Made by a program: the position numbers and the translations under genes. From NCBI RefSeq assembly GCF_039654945.1, contig NW_027361671.1:19778001-19842000 (forward strand): DNA of 64,000 bases. Direction: 5' to 3'. Shown piece after piece: positions 14,945 through 27,964 of the stretch. Under the pieces are notes generated by a model that ran no database searches, had not been told where the DNA came from, and saw nothing but the letters and a program-made list of their open reading frames with translations. Numbering within the stretch: the first letter of the stretch is position 1; every line of letters begins with the position of its first letter. The DNA is from Dendrobates tinctorius (taxonomy: Eukaryota).

Positions 14945-15532
14945 TACATTTCTATTCTTGATGCAAACATAACACCATCTGTGAAAAAGCTGAAGTTGGA
15001 AAGAGGATGGCTTCTACAAATGGATGATGATGCTAAACACAAGTAAAAACCCACAATAAACTACCTCAAAAGGCGCATGCTGAAGGTTTAACAATGGTCC
15101 ACACAGTCCCTTGAGCTGAACATCATTGAAAATCTGAGGCTAGACCTCAAATTAGCAATGCATGCAAGACGACCCAGGAATCTCACAGAACTGGAAGAAT
15201 TCTCCAAGGAAGAATGGATGAAAATCCCTCAAACAAGATTTGAAAGACTGTTGACTGGGCTACAAAAAGCGTTTACAAGCTGTGATACTTTCAAAATGGA
15301 CTGTTACTAGGTACTTACCATGCAGGGTGCCCAAAATTTTGCATTGGCTCATTTTTCTTTTTTTAGTTTTTAAAATGTAAAAGATAACAATATTTTTTTG
15401 GCTTAAAATACAAAGGAAATGTGTCATTTTTAACTTTAGGTCTTTTTGGAGATCATTTCATATTCAACTTGGTTAACTGTTCGCAATAATAGTAATTTTG
15501 ACCAGGGATACCCAAACTTTTATATGCCACTG
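14945..15532 (+). mobile_element. 3' fragment of a long-TIR Tc1-like DNA transposon
   Basis: Transposase C-terminal remnant (KKLKLERGWLLQMDDDAKH, then SPxLNxIE-like), then a TIR ending gccactg followed by TA; same TIR sequence as 46278-46409. Confidence 0.75.
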
Positions 15533-15908
15533 TATATGAATCTCTAGAACACCTATACTTATTAACTAGTGACAGCCAGGCATGTAATCAAAGTGGGTGC
15601 AGGGGATGTGGTCACAACCAGGCATTGGATCCTGGTGAGGCACAAAAGGTCCCTTTAGCTCATGTGATAAAGAGACATAGTTGGAGGCCCAAATGAAGAT
15701 TTTGCATTGGAGCGCACCAGTTTCTGGTGATGATTACCTTTAAAGGGAATGTTTCATCACAATATGGCCTACTGTTTTTTATGTTAGCGTTCATATAATG
15801 ATCTATATAAAAAAAAAATCTTGCAGTTTTCACACTGGCCATTGAGGCTGCTCTAGACTTACACTTGCTATTGTTTCAGCAAATACACATGTACATCAGC
15901 AGCATTAA

Positions 15909-16230
15909 GGCCCCGTCACACACAGCGATCTCGCTAGCGAGATCGCTCATTTTGTGACGCCACAGCGATCTCGCCAGCGACATCGCTGTGTGTGACGGGG
16001 ATCAGTGACCGCCCCCCCCCGCCAGGTATCGCTGATCGTGCAGCATCGTCCTGTGCCATTTTTTCATCACTCTCCCGCTGGCCAGCGCGCATCGCTGCTT
16101 GTGGCAGCGGGAGCCAACGATCAGCGAGGCTCCAAGCACTCTAAGCAGCGCTGGGAGCTGGTATCTAAGATAAATATCGGGTTACTAAGCAGCGCGCGTC
16201 ACTTAGTTACCCGATGTGTACCTTAGAAAC
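15909..16230. mobile_element. Truncated Harbinger-like MITE (ggccccgtcacac family)
   Basis: Same terminus and internal palindromes as 41866-42486 and the element end at 1-129. Confidence 0.6.
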
Positions 16231-16425
16231 CTGCGTGCATTTTTAATATTATCATCATGAAGAGCTTGGGAGCTGCATCGGTGTTGGTAGGATTTTTCTT
16301 TGGATTTAGTGCACCTTTCACTCGATATATTAGCTTAGATTTCGTTGTCCCTTATGAACTTTTAGCAATCCAGAACCATTAGCAGTTTACTCTTCTATTT
16401 TGATCTTATTTTATACTGTCTTCAG

Positions 16426-16649
16426 GTGTCAGTTACGTTACATCGTGATGGGACAGGCGATGACGCAGTTGTATACTGGAGCATGAAACCCTATGGATTC
16501 AATAAGAATTCCATCACTCTTGATGATTTGAGTCCCTTCAATGGATCTGTGACTTTCTTATCTGGACAAAGCATCACAGAGATAAATATCACCATTAAAG
16601 CAGATGATATCCCTGAAGTCAATGAAACTGTGATCATATCCTTGGACAG
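16426..16649 (+). CDS. ADGRV1: ADGRV1 coding exon, Calx-beta repeat (VSVTLHRDGTGDDAVVYWSMKPYGF...DDIPEVNETVIISLDR), phase 0/2
   Basis: ttcag acceptor, gtacgc donor, 224 nt; DDIPExNE Calx-beta motif; frame continues from the previous exon. Confidence 0.93.
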
Positions 16650-17093
16650 GTACGCTGTCATTAGTATGGGATTAGCATATAATATAGTATGCTTTTTGCT
16701 ATTGAAAGTTTGTGTACAGTGCCAAAAAACTGAGGAAACATATATTTTTTTAATAGAATGCGTAGGTCCTCTTCCACAATCCACCTTTTACCGTAATGAC
16801 ATTTTTAGTACCAATATTTACTGATAAATCACTCTAAATTGCCTCTATAGACATAAAGACCATATAAATAAGCCCAGAGCAACAACAGCATGGGATTGTG
16901 GCTATTGTTCACTTAGGTTTTAGCATTCCATATGGTTTCTTCCCATGCTACAAGTAAAGTGCCTAACATTTATGGCTGGTATTAGGTACACTGATGCAGA
17001 TACCAGGGTATGTTCACCCAGGGTTTTTTTTCTTATATGTGATCTGATCCCTTCCAATAACAACAAATGCATGCCTGATCCTTTTGTTTTTAA

Positions 17094-18876
17094 CCCCTTA
17101 GTGACAGAGCCAATTTGGTACTTAATGACCGAGCCAATTTTTACAATTCTGACCACCGTCACTTTATGAGGTTATAGCTCTGGAACTCTTCAACAAATTC
17201 CAGTGATTCTGAGAATGTTTTTTCATGACATAATGTACTTCATGTTAGTGGTAAAATTTCTTCGATATGACTTGCATTTATTTATGAAAAAAACGTAAAT
17301 TTGGCAAAAAATGTTGAAAATTTAGCAATTTTTAAACTTTTAATTTTTGTCCCCGTAAATTAGAGAGTCATATCGCACAAAATAGTTAATAAATAACATA
17401 TCGCACATGTCTACTTTACATCAGCAGAATTTTGGAACCACAATTTTTTTTATTTTTAGGAAGTTATAAGGGTTAAAAGTTGACCAGTGATTTCTCATTT
17501 TTCCAACAAAATTTACAAAGCGATTTTTTTATGGACCATCTCATATTTGAAGTGAGTTTGGGGAGGTCAATATAACAGAAAATAGCCAGAAGTGACACCA
17601 TTCTAAAAACAAGGTGCACAAAACCACATTCAAGAAGTTTATTAACCCTTTAGGTGCTTCACGAGAACTAAAGCAATGTCGAAGGAAAAAATGAACATTT
17701 TACTTTTTTTCACAAAAAAATTTACTTTGGAACCAAACTGTTTTTATTTTTACAAGGGTATCAGGTGAAAATGGATCACAAAATGTGTTGTGCAATTTCT
17801 CCTGAGTACGCTGGTTCCTGTATGTGGGGGAAAGCCACTGTTTGGGCGCAAGGCAGGGCTCGGAAGGGAGGGAGCACAGTTTGACTTTTTGAACGCAAAA
17901 TTGGTTGGAATCAACAGCAAGTGCCAAGTTGCGTTTGGAGATCCCCTGATGTACCTAAACAGTGGAAACCCCCCAATTCTAACTCTAACCCTAACACAGC
18001 TCTAATCCCAACCCTAACCCCAACACACCCCTAATCCCAACCCTAACCATAACCACAATCCTCACCCCAACACTACCCTAACCTCAACCCTAACCTTAGC
18101 CGCAACCCTAACCCTGGCCACTACCCTAACCCTAGCCCAACTCTAATCCTAACTTTAGCTGTAACCCTAGCCTCAAACCTAAACCTAGCTCTAACCCCAA
18201 CCATAATCCTAACCCTAGCCCCAACCCTAAACCTAGCTATAACCCAACCCTAACTCTAACCCTAGCCCTAACCCTAATGGAAAAATGGAAAAAAAAACAT
18301 TTTTTTTTTCTATTATTTTTACTTAACTAAGGGGGTAATAAAGTGGGGTTTGATTTACTATTTTTTTTATTTTGATCACTGTGATAGGGTCTATCACAGT
18401 GATCAAAATGAACCAATAGGAAAAATCTCCTATTGTTGCCGGGTGCTGGCCAGCAGATCTTGGCGGGTGCACTGCGCATGCGCTCATCATTTACTTCCCG
18501 GAAGAAGACGCTATGGGCCGGGGGACACAGGCGGAGGGACCGGGGGGCACCGCAGGTACCAGAGGGGGGCTCAGGGGACCCCATTTCTCTCTCCTCTGAT
18601 GTGCTAGATCATATCAGAGGAGAGAGAAATGAATAGGAAATCAGTCTTTTTTTTTTTGGCGGTCACCGTTATTCTGTGAATAATGGCGATCGCAACACAG
18701 AGGTAGCTAAAAAATGACCCGAATCATGTTCTCCAGGGACTCAACTACCACCGGTAGCCGAGACCTCAGATATTTTCCGACACTGGAGGGCGCTATAACC
18801 TTATTCCTCAGAGCCGTTGAGGAATAAGTACCCATAACTGCCGCCCTTAAAAGGCGTATCAGCGGTCGTTAAGGGA
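17094..18876 (+). mobile_element. piggyBac-like non-autonomous DNA transposon containing a telomere-like array
   Basis: TTAA then CCCCTTA start; degenerate ..ttaaggga end; collinear with the 27376-32113 element. Confidence 0.7.
17975..18277 (+). repeat. Degenerate interstitial telomere-like (CCCTAA/CCCTAG/CCCCAA)n array
   Basis: About 50 hexamer units visible directly. Confidence 0.9.
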
Positions 18877-19400
18877 GCGAATCCACCAACAGAGTCTTAC
18901 TCCACTCTCACCATTCAGAACTGTACCAGTATGTGTGCAGGGAAGGGGTTACGAGAAAAGTTTTTGGCCTTCAGAGCTTTCATCCAAGTGGCCAGTCTTA
19001 AATATGCTGATGCAGAGACCAGTCTTAGGGTACTTACAGTTGAAACCAGAAGTTTACATACACTATATAAAAAGACACATATGCATGTTTTTCTCAATAT
19101 CTGACACAAACTGGTTTCAACTGTACATATGGAAAGCAAACATAGCAGATTTTCCAGGCTGACCATTTGCTAACATTTACAGTACAAACTTTTTTTCCTA
19201 AATTGTGTGGAAATCTCATCTATAAGCTGCGGAGAATATCTGCTGCCTCTGAAAATTTGTATTCCACTGTTTACTTTATGCTGCAAATGTTACCATAGAT
19301 GGGTGAGCTGCGTGGCTTAACCACACTATGATACTAATTATATCCGCAGATATCTGCAGGAGTTTCAGAGCTGAAATGTCTTATGTGCGCATATATTTAA

Positions 19401-19747
19401 AGGGGTTTCAGGCATTAGGCTACAAGTCTGCAGCCACTGTATGTGACTGCAGACTTGTGAATCCTCTGATGTCGGCGCCAGGAACGGTGGGCATGTAATC
19501 GCATGTGTGCGATTAGCGTGCATGCGGTCACTTGCCAACTAGACGTGCACAGCCACGCTCAATGCAAGTGTATTGAGCAAGGCTGGGCACATCAAGCTGG
19601 ATTGTGGCCAAAAGTATGCACATCACATCACTGACTGCCCGCTCCCGATGCTACACCGAAGAATCCTCACATGCATGATGTGAGGATTCAAAAGTCTGCA
19701 GTCACGTAGAGTGATGCAGACATGTAGCCTATGGCTGGACAACCCCT
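19401..19747. mobile_element. Kolobok/T2-type MITE
   Basis: TTAA TSDs, AGGGG..CCCCT termini, long internal inverted arms. Confidence 0.75.
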
Positions 19748-21117
19748 TTAAGGTGCATTCATACTACAAGATAATTTGACGCTGCAGGAAAATTGCCAGT
19801 CCATCCACAGCTTTCACTGGTTCTTACAGCTGGGGCGACTTTACTCTGTGAAGGAGGTCCAGTACATTGGCTCTAGTTGAAGCAATCCATACAAGACACT
19901 AATGACTATGGTGCAATTACTAATAATTTAAGAGTGCAATGAAGCGACCATACATTTGTCCACCATAGTTACATGGCAATGTGGGGGGAGGATATTTGCT
20001 GGAAAGTAACTGCTGTATAAATATTATTCATCAGTGAACAATATTAGGTAAAACAAACACTTCACTTCCTTCCAGAGAAGCCAAAATGAATTTTGTTCAG
20101 CAGCCTTGGCTTGTAGCTTGGCAGCAGTCCTGGGCACAGGGCCTGGCAAAGGATGTATAAAATGGGCTGACATGCTGTTTGGTCATAGGGTTGTCTCTCA
20201 TTAGAAAGCACTGACAATTTTCTTTCTAGGCTTTGTAAACAGGGCAGCACCCAACAAATAAATCCCCCTAAAGCCAGCAACATTATGTGTGCTCAAGGAA
20301 TAAACGTGCCTTTTACTTCTTATCCCATGGTATTGCGGGTTTGGCAGTGTCTTTCATTCTGTTCTCTTTATCCCTGATTCCTTCCTGTTTTGCCAGGGTT
20401 GAGACAGAAAGATTTGTGGTTTACTTTGGGTAAGTGATATATATGTGTGACTTGCATGAATAATGTATTGTATAAAGTCTCTGATCTTACTATCAGTGCC
20501 AGCGAGCAGTGATAACCTTCAGCCCTGTGCATGGCTCTTGTGGTGTGATGTGTGGGCATGGAGTGGTATTCTAATGTCTAGGGGAATATTTCTGTTTAAA
20601 AAATATTTTCTACAGTGATGCATTAAATAGAAGACGAGATAACATCGAGATCAGCCAGATGTAGTTTCTCTTTGTGTGTGTAACAGACTGGGTGGTGGAA
20701 CCACTGTCCCATTAACCGAGGAGAGCCTGGAGGGGCATGACTAGGTGGCTCGCCAAGTCCCACCTCGGGTGCACGGCGGCCGACGATGCCGCAATCTGAG
20801 GAAGGACGAGGAAGGCGGATCTAGATGCTACTCCAGGACTGATCTCGTATAGATGGCAGCTGACCTCCAGGGAACAGGAGACAAGAGCAGCCAGGACTAG
20901 AAGTCTTCGCAAGTACTGGCTGGCACTGTTGGTATAGTGACTGGCACGAAAAGCACACAGGCAGAAAGGTACTGGCGGGCAAGACTGGTAACTTGGCAGA
21001 CAAGTGGCGGCAGGCTTAACTGATAGGCGGACAAGGCTGATAGGCAGGTGGGCTCGGCTAATAGGCAGGCAGGTATAGTGGGAGATGAGCACTGGGACCT
21101 GAGAACTAGCAAGAGTG

Positions 21118-24100
21118 TGTCATGATCCCAGTGCAGGTTTTTGAGCTGCACATCAGGGGTTAATGTCTGGAGCTCAGTGCAGGTTTTGACCTGCACACCT
21201 GGGGTTAATGATTGTGGCCTCTCTATGGTTCTGGGAGAGCTTCTTAAACCCCTGGGAAGCTCCAATCCCTGTCAGTTATACTTTTGCCTTTGGCCGAGTG
21301 TGGTGACCTCCGTGTGCCTGTGCCTGTTAATTGTTATAGCTTGTTTATATGGTTCTGACCCGGTTCTGTTCCCCGATGTGAGTTTGCCTGTTGATTCTGT
21401 ACTTCGCTACACTCCCTGTGTATGACTCATTGCCTGTGATCTGACTACTCTCTGCTCGCCCCTCTTGTACCGTGCAGCTATCTATGTGTATGACTCATTG
21501 GCTACGTCCTGACTATCCTGCTTGTCCATGCCCCTTGGTAACTTTGTCTCGCAGTTACCCTGCTAGGAGTTCTTGTGCAGCTCCTAGCTCTCTGGAGTTT
21601 AGGCCACGCCCCCAGCAGTCACGTGCTTTAGGTCCTGCTGTTCTGAAGTATGCACCTACTCGGCTGCTGCCCGCTCCACAGGTATCTTTGAGCACAGTTC
21701 GCTTTACTCAGGACACGCGCACTGGCTCAGTGAGCAAGTGCAGTGCGGTGTTCCTGACATTATAACTGACCGTGAACTTTTTTTTTCTCTCTCCTCACTT
21801 CTGCAGCATGGACCCAATGCATGCCTTATCTGAGCAGGTGAAATGCTTGACTCAGTCGCTGCAGAAGCTAAGTTTGGAACACCAAGCTCTGGCCCAGTCC
21901 CAGCGGCAGGTTGCGGACTCGGTTCAGGGGGTGCTTTCCACAGGCTTTCAGCAGGTGGGGAATAGAGATGTCATTTTAGTACCACCCGAATCCCCGGTTA
22001 AATTGCCAGATACGTTTTCTGGTAACAAAGATGAATTCAGAGCATTTAAGGACGGCTGTAAGCTCTTTTTCTCTTTGAGACCCCGCTCCTCTGGGGATGA
22101 GAAACAGAGGGTGGGGGTGGTTATGTCCCTGCTTAGGGGGTCCCCACAAGCCTGGGCATTTTCGCTTTCCTCTTCTGCCCCTGAGAGAATGTTTGTGGAT
22201 GCGTTTTTTGAAGCCTTAGGGCTTATTTATGATGAGCCTGATAGAGTGCGTTTGGCTGAGGACAAGGTGATGAGTGTCTGTCAGGGGGAGCACTCGGCCG
22301 AGTGGTTCTGTACTGAATTCAGACGTTGTGCAGCCGAGATTTCTTGGAGTGATGCCGCCCTTCGGGGGCTGTTTCGTAGAGGCCTGTGTGAACGTCTGAA
22401 GGATGCCCTGGCACTCCATCATCCACCTGACTCCCTGGAGGATGCCATGACCCAAGCGGTTCGCATGGATCGCAGACTGCGGGCTAGAGGCGTTATGCAA
22501 CTGGAAACACCATTATTCTTCAGTGGAGATGAGACCTGGACTCTTCCTGTGGCTATGGAAGTGAGCGCTGTCACCTGTGAGGAAAAGGAAAGAAGACACC
22601 GCCGGGAGAAGCAGTTGTGCTTCTATTGTGGGGAATCTGGACAGGTCTGGGTATTAGTCGAGGAGGCTACCCAGACCTTCAGGTACAATTTTCCTCACGT
22701 GCAAAAATGGTACTGCAGGTGGAACTGGAACTTGGGAGTGGTCCGGTTCAAACTACTGATTTTATTGACTGTGGTGTGAACCTGATTGATACCAAAATTA
22801 TGACTCTTAATAGGATAGGGACAGTCAGGCTTCAGGATCCTGTTAAACTTGTGGCAATTGACTTGTCCCCTCTTACCCAGGAGGGTATCTGTTGCAGGTC
22901 TGAACTTTTTTCTCTAAAAGTGGGTTCCACTCATGTGGAAAAACTAAGTTGTCTTGTGCTAGATAACTTGCCTGCAGGTCTGGTACTGGGGATGCCTTGG
23001 CTTCAACGCCATAATCCTGCCATTGATTGGGTGACAGGGGAGATCACTCAATGGGGATGTAAAGATAAATGTGGTAACCTGGGACATCTTGTTAACACTG
23101 TTAAATCCGTATCTGTGTCGTCTGTCGGTCTGGAAGGTATTCCAGAGTACCTGAAGGATTTCGAAGATGTTTTTTCCGAAAGTGAGGCTGAGGCACTGCC
23201 ACCACATAGACCCTATGATTGTGTCATTGATTTAGTACCCGGAGCCAAGTTACCTAAGGCTCGATTGTTCAATTTGTCCGGGCCTGAGCGCCAAGCCATG
23301 AACGAGTACATAGCTGAGAGTCTCCGCAAAGGGCATATCAGGCCTTCTGTGTCACCTGTGGCAGCAGGATTCTTCTTTGTGAAGAATAAAGATGGTGGTT
23401 TGCGGCCGTGCCTCGACTTTCGGGAACTGAAAAAGATAACGGTTAGGAACACTTACCCGCTTCCCCTCATCCCAGACTTATGTAACCAGTTAGCTGGGGC
23501 CCAGTGGTTCTCCAAGTTAGATCTCCGGGGGGCCTACAATCTGATAAGGGTTCGGGAAGGGGACGAGTGGAAAACTGCGTTCCTCACATCAGAAGGACTC
23601 TTTGAAAACCTGGTAATGCCGTTTGGGTTAACTAATGCACCCGCTATTTTCCAGAATTTCATCAATGTTGTGTTTTCTGACCTGATAGGCCGTTTTGTTA
23701 TTATTTATTTGGATGACATTTTGGTGTATTCCCCGGACAGCCAATCTCACTTGCAACATCTACAGACAGTTCTCCAGAGACTCAGGGAGAACCAATTGTA
23801 CGCTAAATTGGAAAAATGTTCATTTTTTGTACAGGAACTGTCTTTTTTATGGTTAATTGTGTCCTGTGAGGGGTTTCGTATGGATCCTAAGAAGGTGCTG
23901 GCGATCGCTGACTGGGTTCAGCTTCGAGATCTTAAGGGGCTCCAGCGCTTCTTACGATTTGCGAACTATTATCGGAGATTCATTAAAGGTTTCTCACAAA
24001 TGGTTAAACCACTCACGGATCTTACCCAGAAGGGCGCTGATGTAAAAAATTGGTCTGTACTCGCTAAGGAGTTCTTCTCAGCTATTAAGTGGGGTACAAC

Positions 24101-26570
24101 TAGACCCGTCCAAACCATTCATTGTGGAGGTGGATGCTTCTGAAGTGGGGGTGGGGGCTGTGCTGTCCCAGGGTCCGGCCATCCTTACCAATCTCAAACC
24201 CTGTGCCTTCTTCTCCAAGAAGTTCTCTTCAGCCGAGAGAAACTATGATGTAGGCAATAGAGAACTTCTTGCATCAAGCTGGCGTTTGAGGAATGGAGGC
24301 ACTTTTTGGAAGGGGCGGCTCACCCTATCACGGTTGTCACGAATCACAAAAATTTGGCATACCTTGAATCTGCTAAGAGGCTTACTCTGAGACAAGCCCG
24401 TTGGTCACTTTTTTTTTTCACGATTTCAATTCTTCATTACTTTTCGACCGGGGTCCAAAAATGTTAAAGCGGATGCCCTGTCCAGAAGTTTTGACCCGGT
24501 GTCTCCCCTGAGCAGCAATCCTCCATTCTTCCCCCAGGGGTGGTAGTGGCGTGGGTCTCATCTGAGTTGGAACAAGAAATTCTAAGGGCTCAGGCCCTAG
24601 CTCCGGCAACCAGGCCAGGGGATAAATTGTTTGTTCCAGATTTATTGCGGCTTAGACTTCTGCAGGAGTTTCATGAGTCTAGGTTGAGTGCTCATCCAGG
24701 TATCACGGCCACTAGAGAGGCAGTAGCCAGGAGTTTTTGGTGGCCTTCACTAAGATCCGATGTCAAGAAATTTGTTTCTGCTTGTGATGTGTGTGCCCGT
24801 TCCAAAAGCTCGCATAACCGGCCGGCTGGAGAACTCATACCTTTACCGGTTCCTGATAGGCCATGGACTCATCTTTCCATGGATTTTATTACCGGCCTTC
24901 CACCATCCAGGGGCAATACGTGATCTGGGTGGTGGTGGATAGGTTTTCTAAACAGGCCCATTTCATTCCCTTGGCAGCATTACCCTCAGCAGAAACATTG
25001 TCAAGGTTGTTTGTGCAGCATGTGGTCCGATTGCATGGGGTACCCCTGAATGTTGTGTCTGACAGAGGTGTGCAGTTTGTGGCCAAATATTGGAGGGCGT
25101 TCTGTTTGAAATTGGGCATCTCACTCTCCTTCTCGTCGGCATATCACCTGGAGAGCAATGGTCAGACAGAACGCACCAATCAATCCCTGGAACAAATTCT
25201 CATTTGTCTGCCCTCCGCCAGACAGGAGGATTGATGTGATGCGTTACCGTTGGCGGAATTCGCTTTTAACAACCGGGTGAGTCAGTCCACCAACATGTCC
25301 CCATTCCTAATCAATTATGGGTTTAATCCTCATTTTGGGAAGTTTTCACGGGTGGATTCCGGTTGTCCAGGGGTAGAGGGGTCCGTTCAGCGGTTAAAAT
25401 ACCTCTGGGCTGAAGTCCAGCGTAATATCTCTCGGGCCCAGGGGAGGTACAAATATTTTGCTGACAAAAAGAGAGCCTCGGGAGAAATGTTTTAGGTGGC
25501 AGAGAAGATTTGGCTTTCCACACGTAACATCAACTTGAAGGTACCATCAGCTAAATTGGGACCAAAGTTCATTGGTCCATACGAGATTATGGAGATAGTC
25601 AACCCAGTGACATATAGGTTGCGTCTCCCCGCCTCCTTAAAAATATCCAGTGTGTTCCATAAATCTCTGTTGAAATCCGTAGGGTCTGTCAAAGAGGGCT
25701 CCGAGCCTGTTGTTCCTCCAGTGCTGGTGGAGGGTCAATTGGAGTATGAGGTAGGACATATTGTGGACTCTCGGTGGGTGCGCCGCTCTTTGCAGTACCT
25801 GGTCCACTGGAAGGGATATGGTCCAGAGGAGCACTCATGGGTGCCTGCTCGCTCTGTACATGCAGATCGCCTGGTTCAGGCTTTCCATGCCAGGTACCTG
25901 GGGAAGCCTGGGGGTCCAGAGGTCCCCCCGTTGAGAGGGGGGTACTGTAATGATCCCAGTGCAGGTTTTTGAGCTGCACGTCAAGGGTTAATGTCTGGAG
26001 CTCAGTGCAGGTTTTGACCTGCACACCTGGGGTTAATGATTTTGGCCTCTCTATGGTCCTGGGAGAGCTTCTTAAACCCCTGGGAAGCTCCAATCCCTGT
26101 CAGTTATACTTTTACCTTTGGCCGAGTGTGCTGACCTCCGTGTGCCTGTTCGTTGTAATAGCTTGTTTATATGGTTCTGTTCCCCGTTGTGAGTTTGCCT
26201 GTTGATTCTGTACTTCGCTACTCTCCCTGTGTATGACTCATTGCCTGTGATCTGACTACTCTCTGCTCGCCCCTCTTGTACCTTGCAGCTATCTCTGTGT
26301 ATGACTCATTGGCTACGTCCTGACTATCCTCCCTGTCTCTGCCCCTTGGTAACTTTGTCTCGCAGTTACCCTGCTAGGAGTTCTCGTGCAGCTCCTAGCT
26401 CTCTGGAGTTTAGCCTACGCCCCCAGCAGTCACGTGCTTTAGGTCCTGCTGCTCTGAAGTACGCACCTACTTGGCTGCTGCCCGCTCCACAGGAATCTTT
26501 GAGCACAGTTCGCTTTACTCAGGACACGCGCACTGGCTCAGTGAGCAAGTGCAGTGCAGCTTTCCTGACA
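21118..26570 (+). mobile_element. Ty3/Gypsy chromovirus LTR retrotransposon, family B, defective
   Basis: LTRs 21118-21759 and 25946-26570; 5-bp TSD gagtg; gag, protease, RT (YLDD), RNase H, integrase and chromodomain (EYEVGHIVDSR..YLVHWKGY); PPT gagagggggg; internal deletions and frameshifts. Confidence 0.95.
21761..21770 (+). promoter_or_regulatory. Self-priming primer-binding site of Gypsy family B
   Basis: tataactgac is the exact reverse complement of gtcagttata (21271-21280), which starts 27 nt after the start of TATA-like ttaaa (21244). Confidence 0.7.
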
Positions 26571-27964
26571 GAGTGTTTTAGAAACAGACTAACAACCTTG
26601 CACAGGCATCTCCTATTAGGTGGAGGTGCCTTAAATAATAAATGTCTTCTATCTATTGGCTGGGGATACTTTAAGATAGCTCGCACTGGCTCTTTAAGAG
26701 GGCGGGACTGCGTGCACCTTAAGCACAGTGCCCAAGGATCTGCGAGCAGTGCGCAGACCACGGGCTGTAGAAGCAGTAGATGGAGGAGGGAGTGCGGGGC
26801 GCAGCGGTGAGTGAGTCGGCATCTCTGCCAGAGGAGGGAGGCAGAGTGCAAAGACGCTGGCTTGACAGTGTATGTGAGAGCACATGCTTTATAAGATAAA
26901 TAGCAGAAAGAGACATTTTATTAGCTTTAGCACAAACATCAGCATAAAAGAAAATATAGATACAGTGTGCAATGGGCGAAAGTAAACTTAAAGGGAACCT
27001 GTCAGCAGGATTTCACACCCTACACTATTCATATGTTTATTTAGTTCTTTCAAAGACAAGTCCAGCAAATACCTTATATAGCTAGTCCATTCTTTTGTCA
27101 CTGAGATAGTAATGTTTAAATGTGTATGCACATGATGCTGATGAAGTATAGTAGATCTGAAGGTTCTGTCAGTCCATCTCTTTGCCCCACCAAACACTGC
27201 CTCCTCCTTCCTGACTGACAGCTCCTTTGCCTGAGTTCACACTGCGTAGAGGCTATAAGTCAAGTAGGAGGAGGCAGCGCTGGAGGAGGCAGAGCTGGAG
27301 GGACAGAGTCTTCAGATCTAGAAATAGCTCTTCAAGCACAACTACAACATTTTCATGCTTGAGTGGTATCATTAACCCCTTCACCCCCAAGGGTGGTTTG
27401 CACGTTCATGACCGGGCCAATTTTTACAATTCTGACCACTGTACCTTTATGAGGTCATAACTCTGGAACGCTTCCATTGATCCCGGTGATTCTGACATTG
27501 TTTTCTCGTGACATATTGTACTTCATGTTAGTGGTAAAATTTCATTCAAACAACTTGCGTTTATTTGTGAAAAAAATGGAAATTTGGCAAAAATTTTGAA
27601 AATTTCGCAATTTTCCAACTTTGAATTTTTACGCCCTTAAATCACAGAGATACGGCACACAAAAAACTTGATAAGTAACATTTCCCACATGTTTACTTTA
27701 CATCAGCACAATTTTGGAACCAAAATTTTTTTTTGTTAGGAAGTTATAAGGGTTAAAAGTTGACCAGCGATTTCTCATTTTTACAACACCATTTTATTTT
27801 TAGGACCACATCACATTTGAAGCCACTTTGAGGGGTCTATATGATAGAAAATACCCAAAAGTGACACCATTCTAAAAACTGAACCCCTTAAGGTGCTCAA
27901 AACCACATTCAAGAAGTTTATTAACCCATTAGGTGCGTCACAGGAATTTTTTTGAATATTTAAA

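Larger units (their letters stand above)
20679..26867 (-). mobile_element. Solo LTR (about 730 bp) split by the family B Gypsy element
   Basis: TG..CA ends, flanks gtgtg/gtgta, TATA- and CCAAT-like motifs on the minus strand near 26630-26660; its end resembles that of the 32591-40804 LTR (gtggttccac..taca/taaca). Confidence 0.6.

Noticed and set aside
14657-15046. 129-aa ORF, and similarly 16426-16824 and 57236-57484
   Set aside because: These are exon frames reading through splice donors into intron or Tc1 sequence, not independent genes.
21772-24143. PEG10/RTL1-like domesticated gag-pol gene
   Set aside because: It is flanked by LTRs and a TSD and has deletions and frameshifts, so it is an ordinary sushi-like retrotransposon.
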